Shown here: one piece after another, positions 1 through 12,152 of the stretch
Position numbering within the stretch: the stretch's first letter is position 1
How the letters are laid out: each line of letters opens with the position of its first letter
Source: Lepidodermella squamata
Lineage: Eukaryota > Animalia > Gastrotricha
DNA length: 64,000 nt
Assembly: GCA_047495785.1 (NCBI GenBank)
Contig: JBLDXI010000016.1
Coordinates: forward strand, 124,001 to 188,000
Reading direction: 5' to 3'
The notes under the pieces: model-generated
Told to the model about the DNA's origin: nothing
The model's input: only the letters and a program-made list of their open reading frames with translations
The model's database searches: none
Translations under genes and position numbers: made by a program

Positions 1-3000
1 TGTCGAAAACCCAGTATCGGGACAAGTTTATTCTTACAACTGGTATTTCATTCCCATTCCAATCGACCGGTTTTCCGAGTTCGAAGACACCTTAGCAACG
101 GCCATGGACTCGCAAACCAATCTCCTAGGTTTGGAAACCTTGAAAAACTGGTCTTCGCTAACTTCTACAGGAAGATACGGGCCCGATATTTCATTCAACG
201 CAAATTCGATTGGTGAAGAGACTAATGTGACGTTGTTTGCGTTGATCTCAGAGGTTAGTTTGGGAAGCAGCTTGCGCCCTGGTAGATCAGCGGTCTTCTT
301 GTACATTGACCAACCGCCGAATGTAACATCAGCCTCGTGCAGTTACGAGCCAGCGACTGGCATAGCACTGAAGACTCTATTTTCGATTTATTGCCACGGA
401 TTTTCAGACTCGGACGATGCGGTTTTGAAGAAATTCATTTTCGCGGCGTATAATTGCGAAAATTGCGATCCTATCTTCATTACACCGATAGCTCAAGTCT
501 ATCCTGAGTTGAAAATGGTCCAATTACCTGTTGGAGATCAGAACAACAACTACAGCGTTACAATACGAGTTTTTGCTTATGATTCTGTGGATGCGATGGC
601 TTACGTCGATATCACTGGTATCAGGGTTGAGCCACTACACGACTTGCTGTTTATCCAAAGCCAGTTGAATCAGTTGACTACCATGGCTCCTAACTTGACT
701 GCTGAGCTCCTTGTCAGCCAGCTGTTGCCTCTGATCGACGCTTTGAACTCTTTCTCAGTTACTGAACCTTATGAAGGAAATTGGACTATGCTAAGTAATT
801 ATACTTCTTTCCTGAGATGATTATTACAATTTCTTCCTTAGATGACCCGAACAACCCTGAATATCAGTCTGAAGCGGATGAAGTCAATGCGGATTTCAGA
901 CGGTACCAATATGAGATGAACTTCGTAACCAAGGTAGGATAGCTCGATTTAGTGTCTATTTGTCTCACAGTTGAATTTGATTAGGCTCGGGAAGCTGCGA
1001 TCCAGATGCTCCAAGAAGTCGACTCTTCAAAGCTGAACATTCAAGCGTTGAAATCACTATTCTCGTTGACTTCTCTGATCGCTAATGTCCCGGAACAAAT
1101 CACAAGTATCACCGCTCAGCTATCTCTCATCAATTTGATACAGCCGGCAATAGTGAGGGTGTCGAACATATCAAGTGATAGAAGTATTGACCCAAATGAG
1201 CTGGAAATGGTCTCCAGTGCTGGTGTTGCGGCTATGGGAATGCTGTACGAAGCTATCGAGAAAAGGGCGACGTATTCAACGCCATCAAATCCTCTCGGCA
1301 ACCTTTATACTACTACAACTCTTGTTCCTACAACTAGTGACGATTTCTTCACGGATCCCCCGACGACTCAGTCACCTGCTCTGTCTCGACTCATCAGCTC
1401 GATGTTGAAGTTAAAGGATCAGGCGATGAATTTGGTTCTAATTAACAAGGGGGTTAGTGAAAAGCGGACAGTGATTGGCGGTGAGACTTCGAAAATGTCC
1501 CTATCAGCTGATTATATTCGAAATTTGGATGAAGGTTAGTTTAATTTGTATCTTTTCATTGAACATTTTCATTGAATGTTATTCTAGCTGAGATTCTCGT
1601 TGGTGACGATGATGATTGCGGAAGGTTCAAACTTGGCAATAATACCGAAATATTCGGGCCATCATTCGGGTCCATGAGCAATAGTGCATTTGATGATGTC
1701 AAAATACGGATCAAAGCCTCAATGGATTCTGGAAACATGTATTCTACAGTTCAGAAGAGCCCAACCAAAATCAACTCCCTGATTCAATCTCTTTCTTTGA
1801 CCGATGAGAATGGCAAGGAGATTGTAGTGAAAAATCTCAAACAACCAATTGAAGTCGTGATTGAATCTAAGAATAACGGAACCCCACACAAGATTCTGAC
1901 TGGAGCTTTGAGTTTCGCGACCTCGAGAACGATGAAGTTTTTCAACCTCCCTGTTGTCAAAAACGCTGCTGTTTTCGTGTCTATTGATCAAATTTTCGAT
2001 ATCAGAACCACTGAATTCGCTTCAAACACTTCCTGTAACATAAATAAGCCAAATTGTTCCGATCCTTACTCGAACTTAACATTGTCAATTGGGAATCGAA
2101 ATCTGACTGTTCATGAGCTGAATGGAACGAGCGAAGAGGTTGTTTTCTTCGTTTTCGTCAATCGAGATGGAATTTTCCCGCGGGAAGGGGTGGATGGAGC
2201 GAATTTGGGCTGTATGTTGCCCCAGACCTTGATTCAAGAGCAAATCGAATCCATTAAAAAACCTCAAACAACTCTGAAGATTCCGATGAATACAACAGCT
2301 GGGAATATCACTACAACCTCATCCCCAACTACTACAGTAACGCCCGTCACCAACTCGAAGTTCACGCAATCTGGCTCCAAAAAGGTGTGCAAAAAGAACC
2401 CAACTTTACCGAGAAATTCCTGCTTCTTCAAAGATACTGATCTCTTGCTCAGGTTTGAACTCAAATGATTTGATCGATTTGACTCACATTATTATTCACT
2501 TTTCTAGGAATAACTCAGCTAAACTCTTTGTGGGGATTAGAGCTCTGCCCATCCGGATGATAAGGCAGCTCATAACAGACCTATACAACGAGTATGGGTC
2601 AAACTTCAATGCTTCGACTGTGATAAATCGAGCTATGACCCGATACCTCAATCAAACAGTTTCAGCCCTTATCAGCTACGAAAGTTACTCGGCTAGTTGC
2701 GTTTTCTGGGATCCTAGTCTTAGCGATTGGTCTTACGAAGGCTGTTATGTCGGCCAGTCTACGACTGCTGGCGGTAATCCGAGCCTCACTCAGTGTTTCT
2801 GCAACCATCTCACCGCTTTCGGATCTAATTTCGACATCCCTATGAACACCTTCAACCCGGGGGATTCGGCTTTCACTAAATTGGATCAAAACCCCATTTG
2901 TTTCGCATTTGGCATCTGTATAATTTGCGTTTATATCACCCTTGTTATTTGGGCGAGGCGGAAAGATAGGGAAGATGAGGCGAAATGGGGGTCGTTACCT

Positions 3001-6000
3001 TTGATTGATAACAAAGATAAGGATCGCTATACCTACGAGATAACAGTCTGGACTGGGCAGAGAAGAGGGGCTGGAACCACAGCCCGGGTTTCATTCATTT
3101 TGTCTGGGGAGGATAGCGAGGCTGGCCCTAGAATGTTAGACGACGTGGATAGGCCGATACTGAAGCGTGGCAACGTAGATTCCTTCATAATGACAGTTCC
3201 TAAGTCGTTAGGAAAGCTGACCCAACTCAGAATCTGGCATGATAACTCGGGGAAGCATCCGGCTTGGTATTTCGCTCGGATGATGGTTTATGACATTCAG
3301 CGGAATCAGCAATTCTTCTTTGTTTGCGATCGATGGTTGGCAGTTGAGGAGGATGATGGAATGGTTGAGCGGGTCCTTCCACCTGCGAGTCGGAAGCAAC
3401 TAGCTACCTTTGAGCATCTTTTCTTCGTCAAATCTCAGAGGAAGCTAACGGATGGGCACATGTGGATTTCCGTGTTCAGCCGACCCCCTAGATCAGCATT
3501 CACTCGAACTCAACGAATTACTTGTTGCTTATCCGTAAGATCCTATTATTCCTGTTTCAAGCTATTTATCTTTATTTTTCAGATCCTGTATTGTACAATG
3601 TTGGCTAACATCATGTTCTTCGGAATTTCTCGTGATGGTCCCGGCTCTGTTCAACTTAAGTTAGGCCCTTTATCCATGAGTACTGACAAGATCAAAATCA
3701 GCATAATTTCTTCGCTTATCGTTTTGCCTGTTAATCTTGTCATCGCTCAATTATTCCGGAAAAGTAGACGCCGCCTAACCGAGAGCGAGAAAGCTGTGAA
3801 AAAGCTGGTTGACGAAGCTAAGGCCAAGAAAACTCTCATAAGGAAAACCCCATCGAATGAAAGCGCTATAATCCTCGTTGATGAGCCAAATGAACGGAGG
3901 AAACCCAAGAAAGGGAAGGCTAAGGAAAAGGAAAAGAAAGTTCCATTCACCCTACCATGGCAATGCACGATCCTCGCTTACATACTGTCGTTTGTAACTG
4001 TTGGAGTTGCGTTTTGGGCTGTAGTCGAGTATGGCGGAGCTCTAGGCCCGGAAAAGGCCACTGAATGGCTAGCAGCTATGTGCCTCTCTCTAGTTACTGA
4101 TATCTTACTACTCCAACCCTTGAAAATCGTGGGGTTAGCCGTTTTCTACGCTTTGGTCATTAAAAACCCGACCAAGGATGAAGATGTAGAGGAACACATG
4201 ATTCTTAGAAGTGACGAGAGTTACCTGAGGCCCCCGAAGAAAAGCGAGTACGAACTAGCTCAGATTGAGAAACAACGTCTTGAGGTTGAGAAGAAACGAC
4301 TTCATTACGTATATCTACCACCAGACCCTGACGAACTACGCCTAGCTCGAGATATCCGACTAAAGGAGCTAGCAATGTGGAGAGTTATAAAAGAAATCGC
4401 GTCCTATGTAATTTTCCTCTATATGATTATGTTCGTTGCTTATAACAATGTGGATTCGTGGGGCTGGCAGTTCCAAACTTCGACTCGTTTGATGTTCTTC
4501 GAGGGAAAAATCGGCGATTTAGCTGCTCCGCCTATCGATGCTTCATCATCGGGCGGGGGTAAGAGTGCGAAACATGCCCAGGCTGAAGATGCTGCTGGAA
4601 GGTCGGGTGAGGGGGCGATTTGGCAGATATCGTCCTATGACGGGTTTTGGTACTACGTCAACCATACAGTCCTACCCACTTTGTTAGACTCGTCTTGGTA
4701 CAATGGCGATCCTGATGACCAAAGAGGTTCTTACACCAAAGATAAGGCCATCTATCTAACAGGGACGATTCGACTACGTCAACTGAGGGTCAAAAGTGAC
4801 TCGTGCAGGGTTCAGAAGCATTTCAGGAAGACTAGCCCGCCATGCTCTCCGGAGTATTCGATTCTGAATCAGGAGACTCGAAATTTCACTGTAGGATGGG
4901 GGCAGGAGGCTTTTCTCAATAAAAATGGGACCATGGACTATGACATCTCACAATACCCAGGCTGGACCTATGCCAACACTCTGAAATCAGGGAGCAGCCC
5001 GAGTTACGGCTCGATGGCTCTTTATGACGGGGGTGGGTATATGGTCGATATTCCGAAGAGTCTCGAAACTGGTCGGAACTTCCTAACCCAACTTTACGAA
5101 AACAAATGGCTTGATGAGAAAACTCGAGCTGTTTTCATCGAATTCAACCTGTATAGCCCATCTCGCAGCCTTTTCGGAGTTTCTCAAACTATTCTCGAAT
5201 TCCCATCCACCGGTGGTTGTTTGATCTACCCCTACATCTACACCCTCAAATTCCAGGCTTATAGTTCAAGCGGCGAGATTGTTGTCCTCGCGCTGCAGTT
5301 GGTAACATTGGCCGTGGTTTTCTTCCTATTTTTCCGAGAATGCCACAAAGCTAGAAAAGCTGGGCGTAAATATTGGACATCTTGGTGGTCGGTTTACGAC
5401 TTTGCCCACCTAGCCTCATGCATATTGTGGGCCGGAATGTTTGCGGCTCGATTTTTCGTTTTCCAAATGTTTGCAGGCCGTTTTAAGAAACGGGCCTATA
5501 CCTACACTAATTTGGACCTTGTCGTACTCTATGATTCTGTAGTATCAGGGTTCGCAGCTTTTATAGTCGCGCTAGGCACTTTGAGGTTCATCAGACTCCT
5601 GAGGTTCGATCGAAGCATTATGCTGATGATGAAGACTCTTTCGAACTCGAGTAAGGTTCTCGCTAGTTTCTCCCTTGTTTTCGTTATTGTTTTCCTCGCT
5701 TTCACCCAACTCGGGTTCTTCACGTTTGGTAGCCATATCAAAGCATATTCGACTTTCCTAACGGCCCTTGAGACACTTTTCGCGATGCAGCTCGGTGTTT
5801 TTGATTACATAACGTTGAGACAAAGTTTCCCACTCGCTGGCCCGGTCTTTTTCACTCTCTATTCGTTGATTGTTTCGATAATTTTGACTAATTTCCTCAT
5901 CGCTTTCATTGTGTATGCGTACCAAGAGGCGTGCTGTGATGAGCAATTGTCACAGCAAGAACAGGCAGTTTTGATTTTCATGCTGGACAAATTCAAAAAA

Positions 6001-6279
6001 TTCATCGGTATCACCCAGAAACAGCCGCCTTCACTTGGAATCGATCGAAAATTCTTCTATTTCGAAAAAGGTAGTTTTAGCCATTTCTTAGAGTGGATTA
6101 AGCAATTTAATTCCATTATAGCTGTTCGGGAATCCCATTTGGAGACATTTACCAAGCAGATGGATGAATTGTTGAAACGGCTTGATACTCATATTGAGAA
6201 GACTAAAACGCAGCATCACAGAATGTTCGATAAGAAAGTCATGGACAGGCAAAGCAATCATGTTTACACAACTGACTGA
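1..6279 (+). CDS. Polycystin-1-like (PKD1L/PKDREJ family) protein, 5'-partial; multi-exon
   Basis: Domain order: REJ-like region (PPNVTSASC...F.I.C.GFSD), GPS motif (CVFWD...WSYEGC...CFCNHL|TAFG), TM1, PLAT domain (YEITVWTGQRRGAGTTARV...RIWHDNSG..PAWY), TM segments, polycystin TOP/channel domain (RLRQLRV, YDGGGY, WLDEKTRAVF.EFNLY), C-terminal coiled coil. Frame-restoring GT-AG introns at 795-841, 934-984, 1535-1587 and 2453-2507; in-frame introns at 3535-3582 and 6071-6121; stop TGA 6277-6279. Confidence 0.95.
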
Positions 6280-6574
6280 AAATCTTTCTCCACTTTTCAA
6301 AGCTTTTTCTAATCATTACTCTCAATCTGAAAATAATGACGAAATAAAATTGTATACCATCGACTTTGGGTTCATTTCACGCTACAAAGGTAGATATGAG
6401 GAAAATGGAAGATGAAAGAATACAAAATGTCTGCTATTGACTTTTAAAGCTTCAGTTTAGCTTAAGCCACCGTCCACAGTCCACACGAGGTTACGCGTTA
6501 AACCACATAATCCAGCATTTAACTCGCCATACAAAGGCACGAGCGTGCTACAGCCTCCAGACCCGCCACAAGCC

Positions 6575-8870
6575 ATGATTTTTACCCTGCCTCTGACCAT
6601 TTTCTCGGTCATTGGTATCATTTCTGCGCTAGATTTGAACCAATGTGGGGTCTCCCTTCCATTTAATGACCATCCATGGGCAGCTAAACTGAATTTTTAC
6701 GATAAATCTGGGTTGGTGATCCAACAATGTGGAGGTGTGTTGATCGATCCAAAATGGGTCCTAACAGCCGGTCATTGCTTAAGATCCGAAGTAATCTCTC
6801 AAATTGAAATCAGCTTGGGACGGTCTAACTACGCCATAGAAACTTTAAATGAGGTCAAACGAAGTTCGACCGAATTCTACGTCCATCCTGACTATTCAGA
6901 AGGCTCAAATGGCTTTTACGACTTCGACTACGCCTTGGTTGCTATGGATGCTGCGGTCGAGTTCAACACAGCTGTTCGGCCAATTTGCCTCCCCAACTCT
7001 GATGAATGTGACCTGGATATTGAAGAATGCCAAACCGCTACGAGCGTATCATGGCGCATTTCTCCCGATACATTCTTCAATTCGCTGGAATCATCGAAGC
7101 TTCGCTTGAGTGCGCCTCAGATTTGCGAAAGAATCTTAGGCGGTATGACTGACAACCAGATGTGTGCTTCCGCGATTGAGCGAAGTAAATATTCCTGTAA
7201 TGGAGATCACGGAGGAGGCCCTCTGGTGTGCCGTAGTTCAGCTGTGGATAACAGAGCTATGCTTATAGGTATTTCGTCGAATAATGACGACTGTCCGATT
7301 CTGGGGAAACCGGCACTTTTTGCGAGAATATGCAGCGCTATGGATTGGATCAATTCAAGAAATACTGGCGCCTTAACAGGTAACAGCAAAAAATCCATGC
7401 TAAATTCATTTAATTTTTGATCAATTATTAAGAATTAATTAATTACGAAGTACACTTTCATACATATTTATGTATGAAAAAAATTAAATTTTTCATACGT
7501 ATTTTTTTTTACAAAATCGTGTTTTTTAGCCAAACTGTGATAAGGTATTGGGGTTAGGGGTTCGGGTTCGGGTTCGGGTTCGGTTTAGGGTTTGGTTAGG
7601 GTTCAGGATTAAGGTTAGGGTAGTTCGAGTTTCGGGTTTCTACGAAGCTCGATTTGTAGGCCCTTGCGCTTCCCCAATAACCATTTTTATGCGGAAAAAA
7701 TTGACTACGCTTTCGGAACCCCGTTTTTCTTTTACATAAACCAAATCCTAGTCATCCGGCATTTCCCTAATGTTTTCAGCTTGAATTTAATGAAAAAAAT
7801 ATGTGTGAAAGATGGCACCCAATTAATTCATTGATAATAATTATCAATCAATTTTTTATTGCTTTAGGTCTTTATACAATGCCCAACATAAGAACCTGTA
7901 CGGTCCCATTCGATGAAGTTGGAACGTTCCGTTTCATGTCGAACGATAGTGATAGGTTCAGCCCAATCGAACCTGGGAAACGCCTACCAGTCAATACCAC
8001 TCTGTCACTGCGATGCTCCAGCCAACAAAGCAAATCCGAGAGCTTTTCAATTTGCAGACACGATGGCAAATGGGACCCGACAATATCACCTTGCCTGAAG
8101 GTAAACAAAATCCTGATTTCATCGAATTTCCCTAATAATTTGATTTGACCGTTACCCAGCAACAAATTGCTTTCCAATTAAGCTTCGCCGCGTTAACAGG
8201 AGATGCGGAAAGGCTGCAGCGATTGATGACTCAATACAAGGCTTTTCAAGTTAACAATCGCGATGAATTCGCCACGAAAGTTTGCAAAATCGATGGGAAG
8301 GACGTAACACTGCTATTTCGAGCTCTCCAATGCAACAGGAATGAAACGACCATCATCTCCACCATCAAAGTCCTGTTGGCAAATGGAGCGGATGTGAATC
8401 GATTGAACTATTTTTGGGATTCGGGCTCGAATCGATCGCTTGATCTGCCGGCTTTGCATTCTGCGCTGTATCTTAACCAAAGTTTGGCGGTTTTCAAATT
8501 GCTGATCGAAAATCGAGCTGATGCCGTTGGTAGGCAAGGAAGTGCTGAGAGAACTGCTTTGATGTTTGCGACTCAAAACTCAACTATCGAAGTGATGAAG
8601 TATTTACTGAACTCTGCCGCGAATTCGACGTTGAATGTGAGAGATAAAGCAGGGTCGACGGCTCTGAAAATTGCGACGGAAGTTGAAGATGCGGATAAGG
8701 TTAGGTTTTTGCTGCAAAATGGCGCTGCGACTTCGATTGATGAGAACAACAAATCTGGCTGGTCGGCTCTAATGGCCGCTGTTCGTGTATCGAGTGATTC
8801 GGAGTTGGTTGAGCTTGTCCGGAAACTCATCATGATAGGTCGCATTCGAAATGGCCTATCGGCGACTTGA
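6575..8870 (+). CDS. Secreted catalytically inactive trypsin-like domain + Sushi/CCP + ~6 ankyrin repeats (3 exons: 6575-7379, 7868-8100, 8160-8870)
   Basis: Signal peptide MIFTLPLTIFSVIGIISA; CGGVLI..WVLTAGHC and DYAL present, but GDHGG replaces GDSGG. Phase-matched introns 7380-7867 (phase 1) and 8101-8159 (phase 0). Exon 2 has a CCP pattern (C..P...C...C..DGKWDP...C). Exon 3 has ankyrin motifs (LLANGADVN, TALMFA, TALKIA..LLQNGA, GWSALMAA). Confidence 0.8.
7548..7625 (+). repeat. Interstitial degenerate telomere-like repeat (TTAGGG/TTCGGG)
   Basis: gggttaggggttcgggttcgggttcgggttcggtttagggtttggttagggttcagg, inside intron 1 of the protease-ankyrin gene. Confidence 0.75.
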
Positions 8871-9293
8871 GAGTTGTCCACCATTGAATATCGTCAAAAT
8901 GTACCAACAATGATTACATGAAGTGCTCTTCGCAAATAAATGGGAAAGATAGGGTTGATGACGATCAGAATTATGGCTTCTGAGTGCAATTATCGAACCT
9001 TTTGAAACCTTATTATAACTTTCCTAAATCAAAGGTACCCAAGACTAAACAAGAACTATCTAAAAAGAACAGCGACCTTCTCCAATTTCGGACCTCTAGA
9101 TCCTGATGGATCCCGATATCAAATTATTTTATCAAAAATGGGGAAAATGGAAATTTCGAAGCAATTATTAATCAAACTCAAAAAAAGAGGATATTTTCTA
9201 GTTTTATTTTTATTTTTGCAGTATTTTTGCAGTAACACCAACTGCATCGTCCTCCGCTAAGCTCTACCTATGACGTTCAAGCTCAAATTTGTT

Positions 9294-10334
9294 GAATAAG
9301 TAAGCAAGTCTGCAATATGAAATGAATTTTTAATAGGCATGTTAAGTCTCGCGTGACTCAGATGCCCCAAGACTTGCCAAAGCATGCAATGATCCGGAGT
9401 GACCACTTAGCACTAAATAAATGTTAAGCGAATTTCATCCTCCGCAATGCGCAGCAATACTACAGCAATGACATAGCAATCAAAATGAATAAATGGTTCT
9501 AGCGATATTAACACTAAGCTTTATTTCATGATTCATTTCATGACTGAACATCGCCACCACTGGGATGCCCATGGGCCTTGGGCGCTCAAACGGGAGTGTA
9601 AGACGAGCCGGAAAGACCGCATTCTGATTGTTATTCTTCGTGCGAGGGCGTTATTGTGTTTTCATCATAGCTACATTCGGTAGTCCTATTCTGGCTATGC
9701 TTGCTTGATAAATTCAGTTGGTACAAACAATTTTGTGCAATCAATTTTGTAGTTTGAAGAAGTGCTCCATGGATGAGACTATACTGAGAAATATGAGAAA
9801 TATAACTGATTCAACCATTTATCCAATTGAATAAAAAATATCATCATAATAGACGCGTTTTTACTTCAGCATAGTGCTCTTTCTACTACTTCTTAATCCG
9901 TTATGATTCAAACTAGGCTCGGCCTATGACGTTCAAACTCTTTGATTCAAATTTGTAACTTGGTCGAACGGAGACAGATTTTACGGCAGTGTTCGAACGA
10001 TCGGAATGACATGCCGCGGACTTCCTTGACGCGACAGGCGCTGTACTCAAGGACACATTCCTGGCGTTTAGCGTCGAATACGATGAAGTAGGGGAACTCG
10101 CCGCCGATTAGGCAATGTATATAAGTTGGTTCGTAGAGGCACCGCTCATCGCCATTGTTATAGAGCCTGTCGTCGATAGGCAGATCGGCTGGCAACGGAT
10201 CGTCCTTGATCAGCTTGACATCGTAGCAGTTTGCGATCGAAACCAGAATCGCTATTGGAGCTAGGAATCGTGCTGAAAGCATGATTTTAGGCTTGAATAA
10301 CAGCAAAAAATAAACAGAATCAAAATACTGAGAA
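9294..10334. repeat. Direct duplication, copy 1 (~1.04 kb, identical to 13754-14794)
   Basis: From gaataagtaagcaagtc to caaaatactgagaa, matches the copy 4460 nt downstream with no difference seen by eye. Confidence 0.95.
9947..10282 (-). CDS. Secreted divergent Kunitz/BPTI-type protein, copy 1 (111 aa)
   Basis: Signal peptide MLSARFLAPIAILVSIANC; six Cys spaced C-x8-C-x18-C-x6-C-x15-C-x3-C, with F.FD....C and F.SFE.C..IC resembling Kunitz (canonical 8/15/7/12/3). Confidence 0.75.
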   Translation of the reverse strand: MLSARFLAPIAILVSIANCYDVKLIKDDPLPADLPIDDRLYNNGDERCLYEPTYIHCLIGGEFPYFIVFDAKRQECVLEYSACRVKEVRGMSFRSFEHCRKICLRSTKLQI

Positions 10335-10472
10335 TGCAAGTTATGTTCGGCTGATATATATATCAGAGGAATTAGCGTCTAATATATTCAGATACGTGAG
10401 AAGAATCTTGAGACGACACGTTTCCAAGTTTTCAAATACTCGCAACTGGTGCATGGCGAGCCATTTTGAATG

Positions 10473-10894
10473 TGTCGTATGTAAAGTGGATAATCATTTA
10501 TTCTTGATAATACATGGCCAAAATGCCCTATGTAATGTAGATTTTCGCCCAGATTTTTGAAACCTCGTTAAACCCAAGGTTGACCACTAGGTAGAGTCGG
10601 CATCGGGGATTTCGATTTCGCTATTTTGGAAGATATCACGATCCGTCAAACTACCCAAATCATCGATCTTCGTAAATCGATACTGATCGATTTTCGATTT
10701 TTCTCGATATCATGCCCAGTTTTTTTGCCTAAATAAAACGTAAATGCAGATTTGAAATCCCCGATGCCGACTCTACCTAGTGGTCAACCTTGGGTTTAAC
10801 GAGGTTTCAAAAATCTGGGCGAAAATCTACATTACATAGGGCATTTTGGCCATGTATTATCAAGAATAATTGATTATCCACTTTAAATACGACA
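10473..10894. mobile_element. Foldback/MITE with ~140-bp near-perfect inverted arms
   Basis: 10473-10613 is the reverse complement of 10754-10894 (for example ccaaggttgaccactaggtagagtcggcatcggggatttc); spacer about 140 bp. Confidence 0.85.
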
Positions 10895-11157
10895 AATATA
10901 TACAGTGAAATTGTCCCGCAAAATTGAGTATCGCCTTTATTTAGCCTGATATATTCAGTAGGGTTATCTAAATCTGCATTAAAAATTCCATTTTTTTCAA
11001 ACGCTTGTCACTTGATAACCATCGATAACGAGGTTATCCGAGCTCAAATTTTGACCATTCCGGTAAGCTCACAAAATCTCATGAGCCAATTCCTCACCGT
11101 TGGGGATCCATCGATCATGAAAGTAAAAGAAGTCAAAAATTTAAAACGGGTCCTCCT

Positions 11158-11480
11158 GTTAGCGGAACCAAATTTACAGTGATCGGAACCAAATATGCTG
11201 TAGCGGAACCGAGTTTGCTGTTAGCGGAACCTGAAATCGCTTTTCGGATATTTCTTGCGTGTCAAGATTGGCGACTGGCGACAATAATTAGAGAAAAATC
11301 ACCAGTAACCAGTAGATTCAGCGCAGCATTCTCTATAAGACAGAGTGTTCAAGTTAGAATTCATGCTTCGTACAATTATTCAAAAATGACTCTTAACATA
11401 TTTCGACTTTGGTTCCGCAAAAAGCAAATTTGGTTCCGCTGCAGCACATTTGGTTCCGCTCACCGTAAATTATTTGGTTC
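11158..11480. mobile_element. MITE-like element with inverted arrays of GCGGAACC
   Basis: Four spaced gcggaacc-like units at 11160-11235 mirrored by ggttccgc units at 11410-11480. Confidence 0.6.
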
Positions 11481-12152
11481 TGATTTAAAACTGCTCGTGG
11501 GTGCCATAAATCTGCATAGAAGCTTCACATCATTTCATTCTATTATTTACACAAAAACATTGGCACGATTTTTCATAGTTTTTCTGAGTTTTCAAACCGC
11601 AGGAAGAAAATTGCGAGCTTTGTGGCTAGCATTTTGCGATTGGATCAGCCGACAAAGGTCCGCGTGAGCGTAGGTTAATAAACCAGAGCCAGCTAAAAAA
11701 CTTACCGGCAAAAATAGCTAATAATTCGGGTGCAATATCCTATCCAAAATATAGGATATTTGTTATTTGTTACTAATAAACCTTTCTGGTGATACATTCA
11801 CCCCTTATATCGTCATGGACAGCAATGCAGGGTGCGAAGTACAGGGGTGCTGACACCCCAGCTTCGGGACTCCCAACCTTTTGGTTTCTTCGGCTGGGTC
11901 CTAGATAACAAGTAGATATGTAACACCTGAGCTCCCGGATCCTACTTCGCACTTCGCACACAGCTCATCCCTTGGTTGCCACCATATAAACTTGCGAAAC
12001 TTGCCGACAAAAAGGTTCGTTTAGTTTTAGTTTAGTTGAACTTTTAATGACATTGGAAATTTCCGGAATTCAGTACATGCCCACATTCCCAGGTTATAGT
12101 CATCAATCCCTCTACTATGTATTTTCTATTCATACAATCTGTGCCCGGCAAA

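Noticed and set aside
7548-7739. RV-repeat ORF, or a true chromosome end
   Set aside because: It is the translation of a degenerate hexamer repeat inside an intron; short and internal.
11179-11667. 162-aa ORF
   Set aside because: Overlaps a MITE, has a non-ATG start and no recognisable motif.
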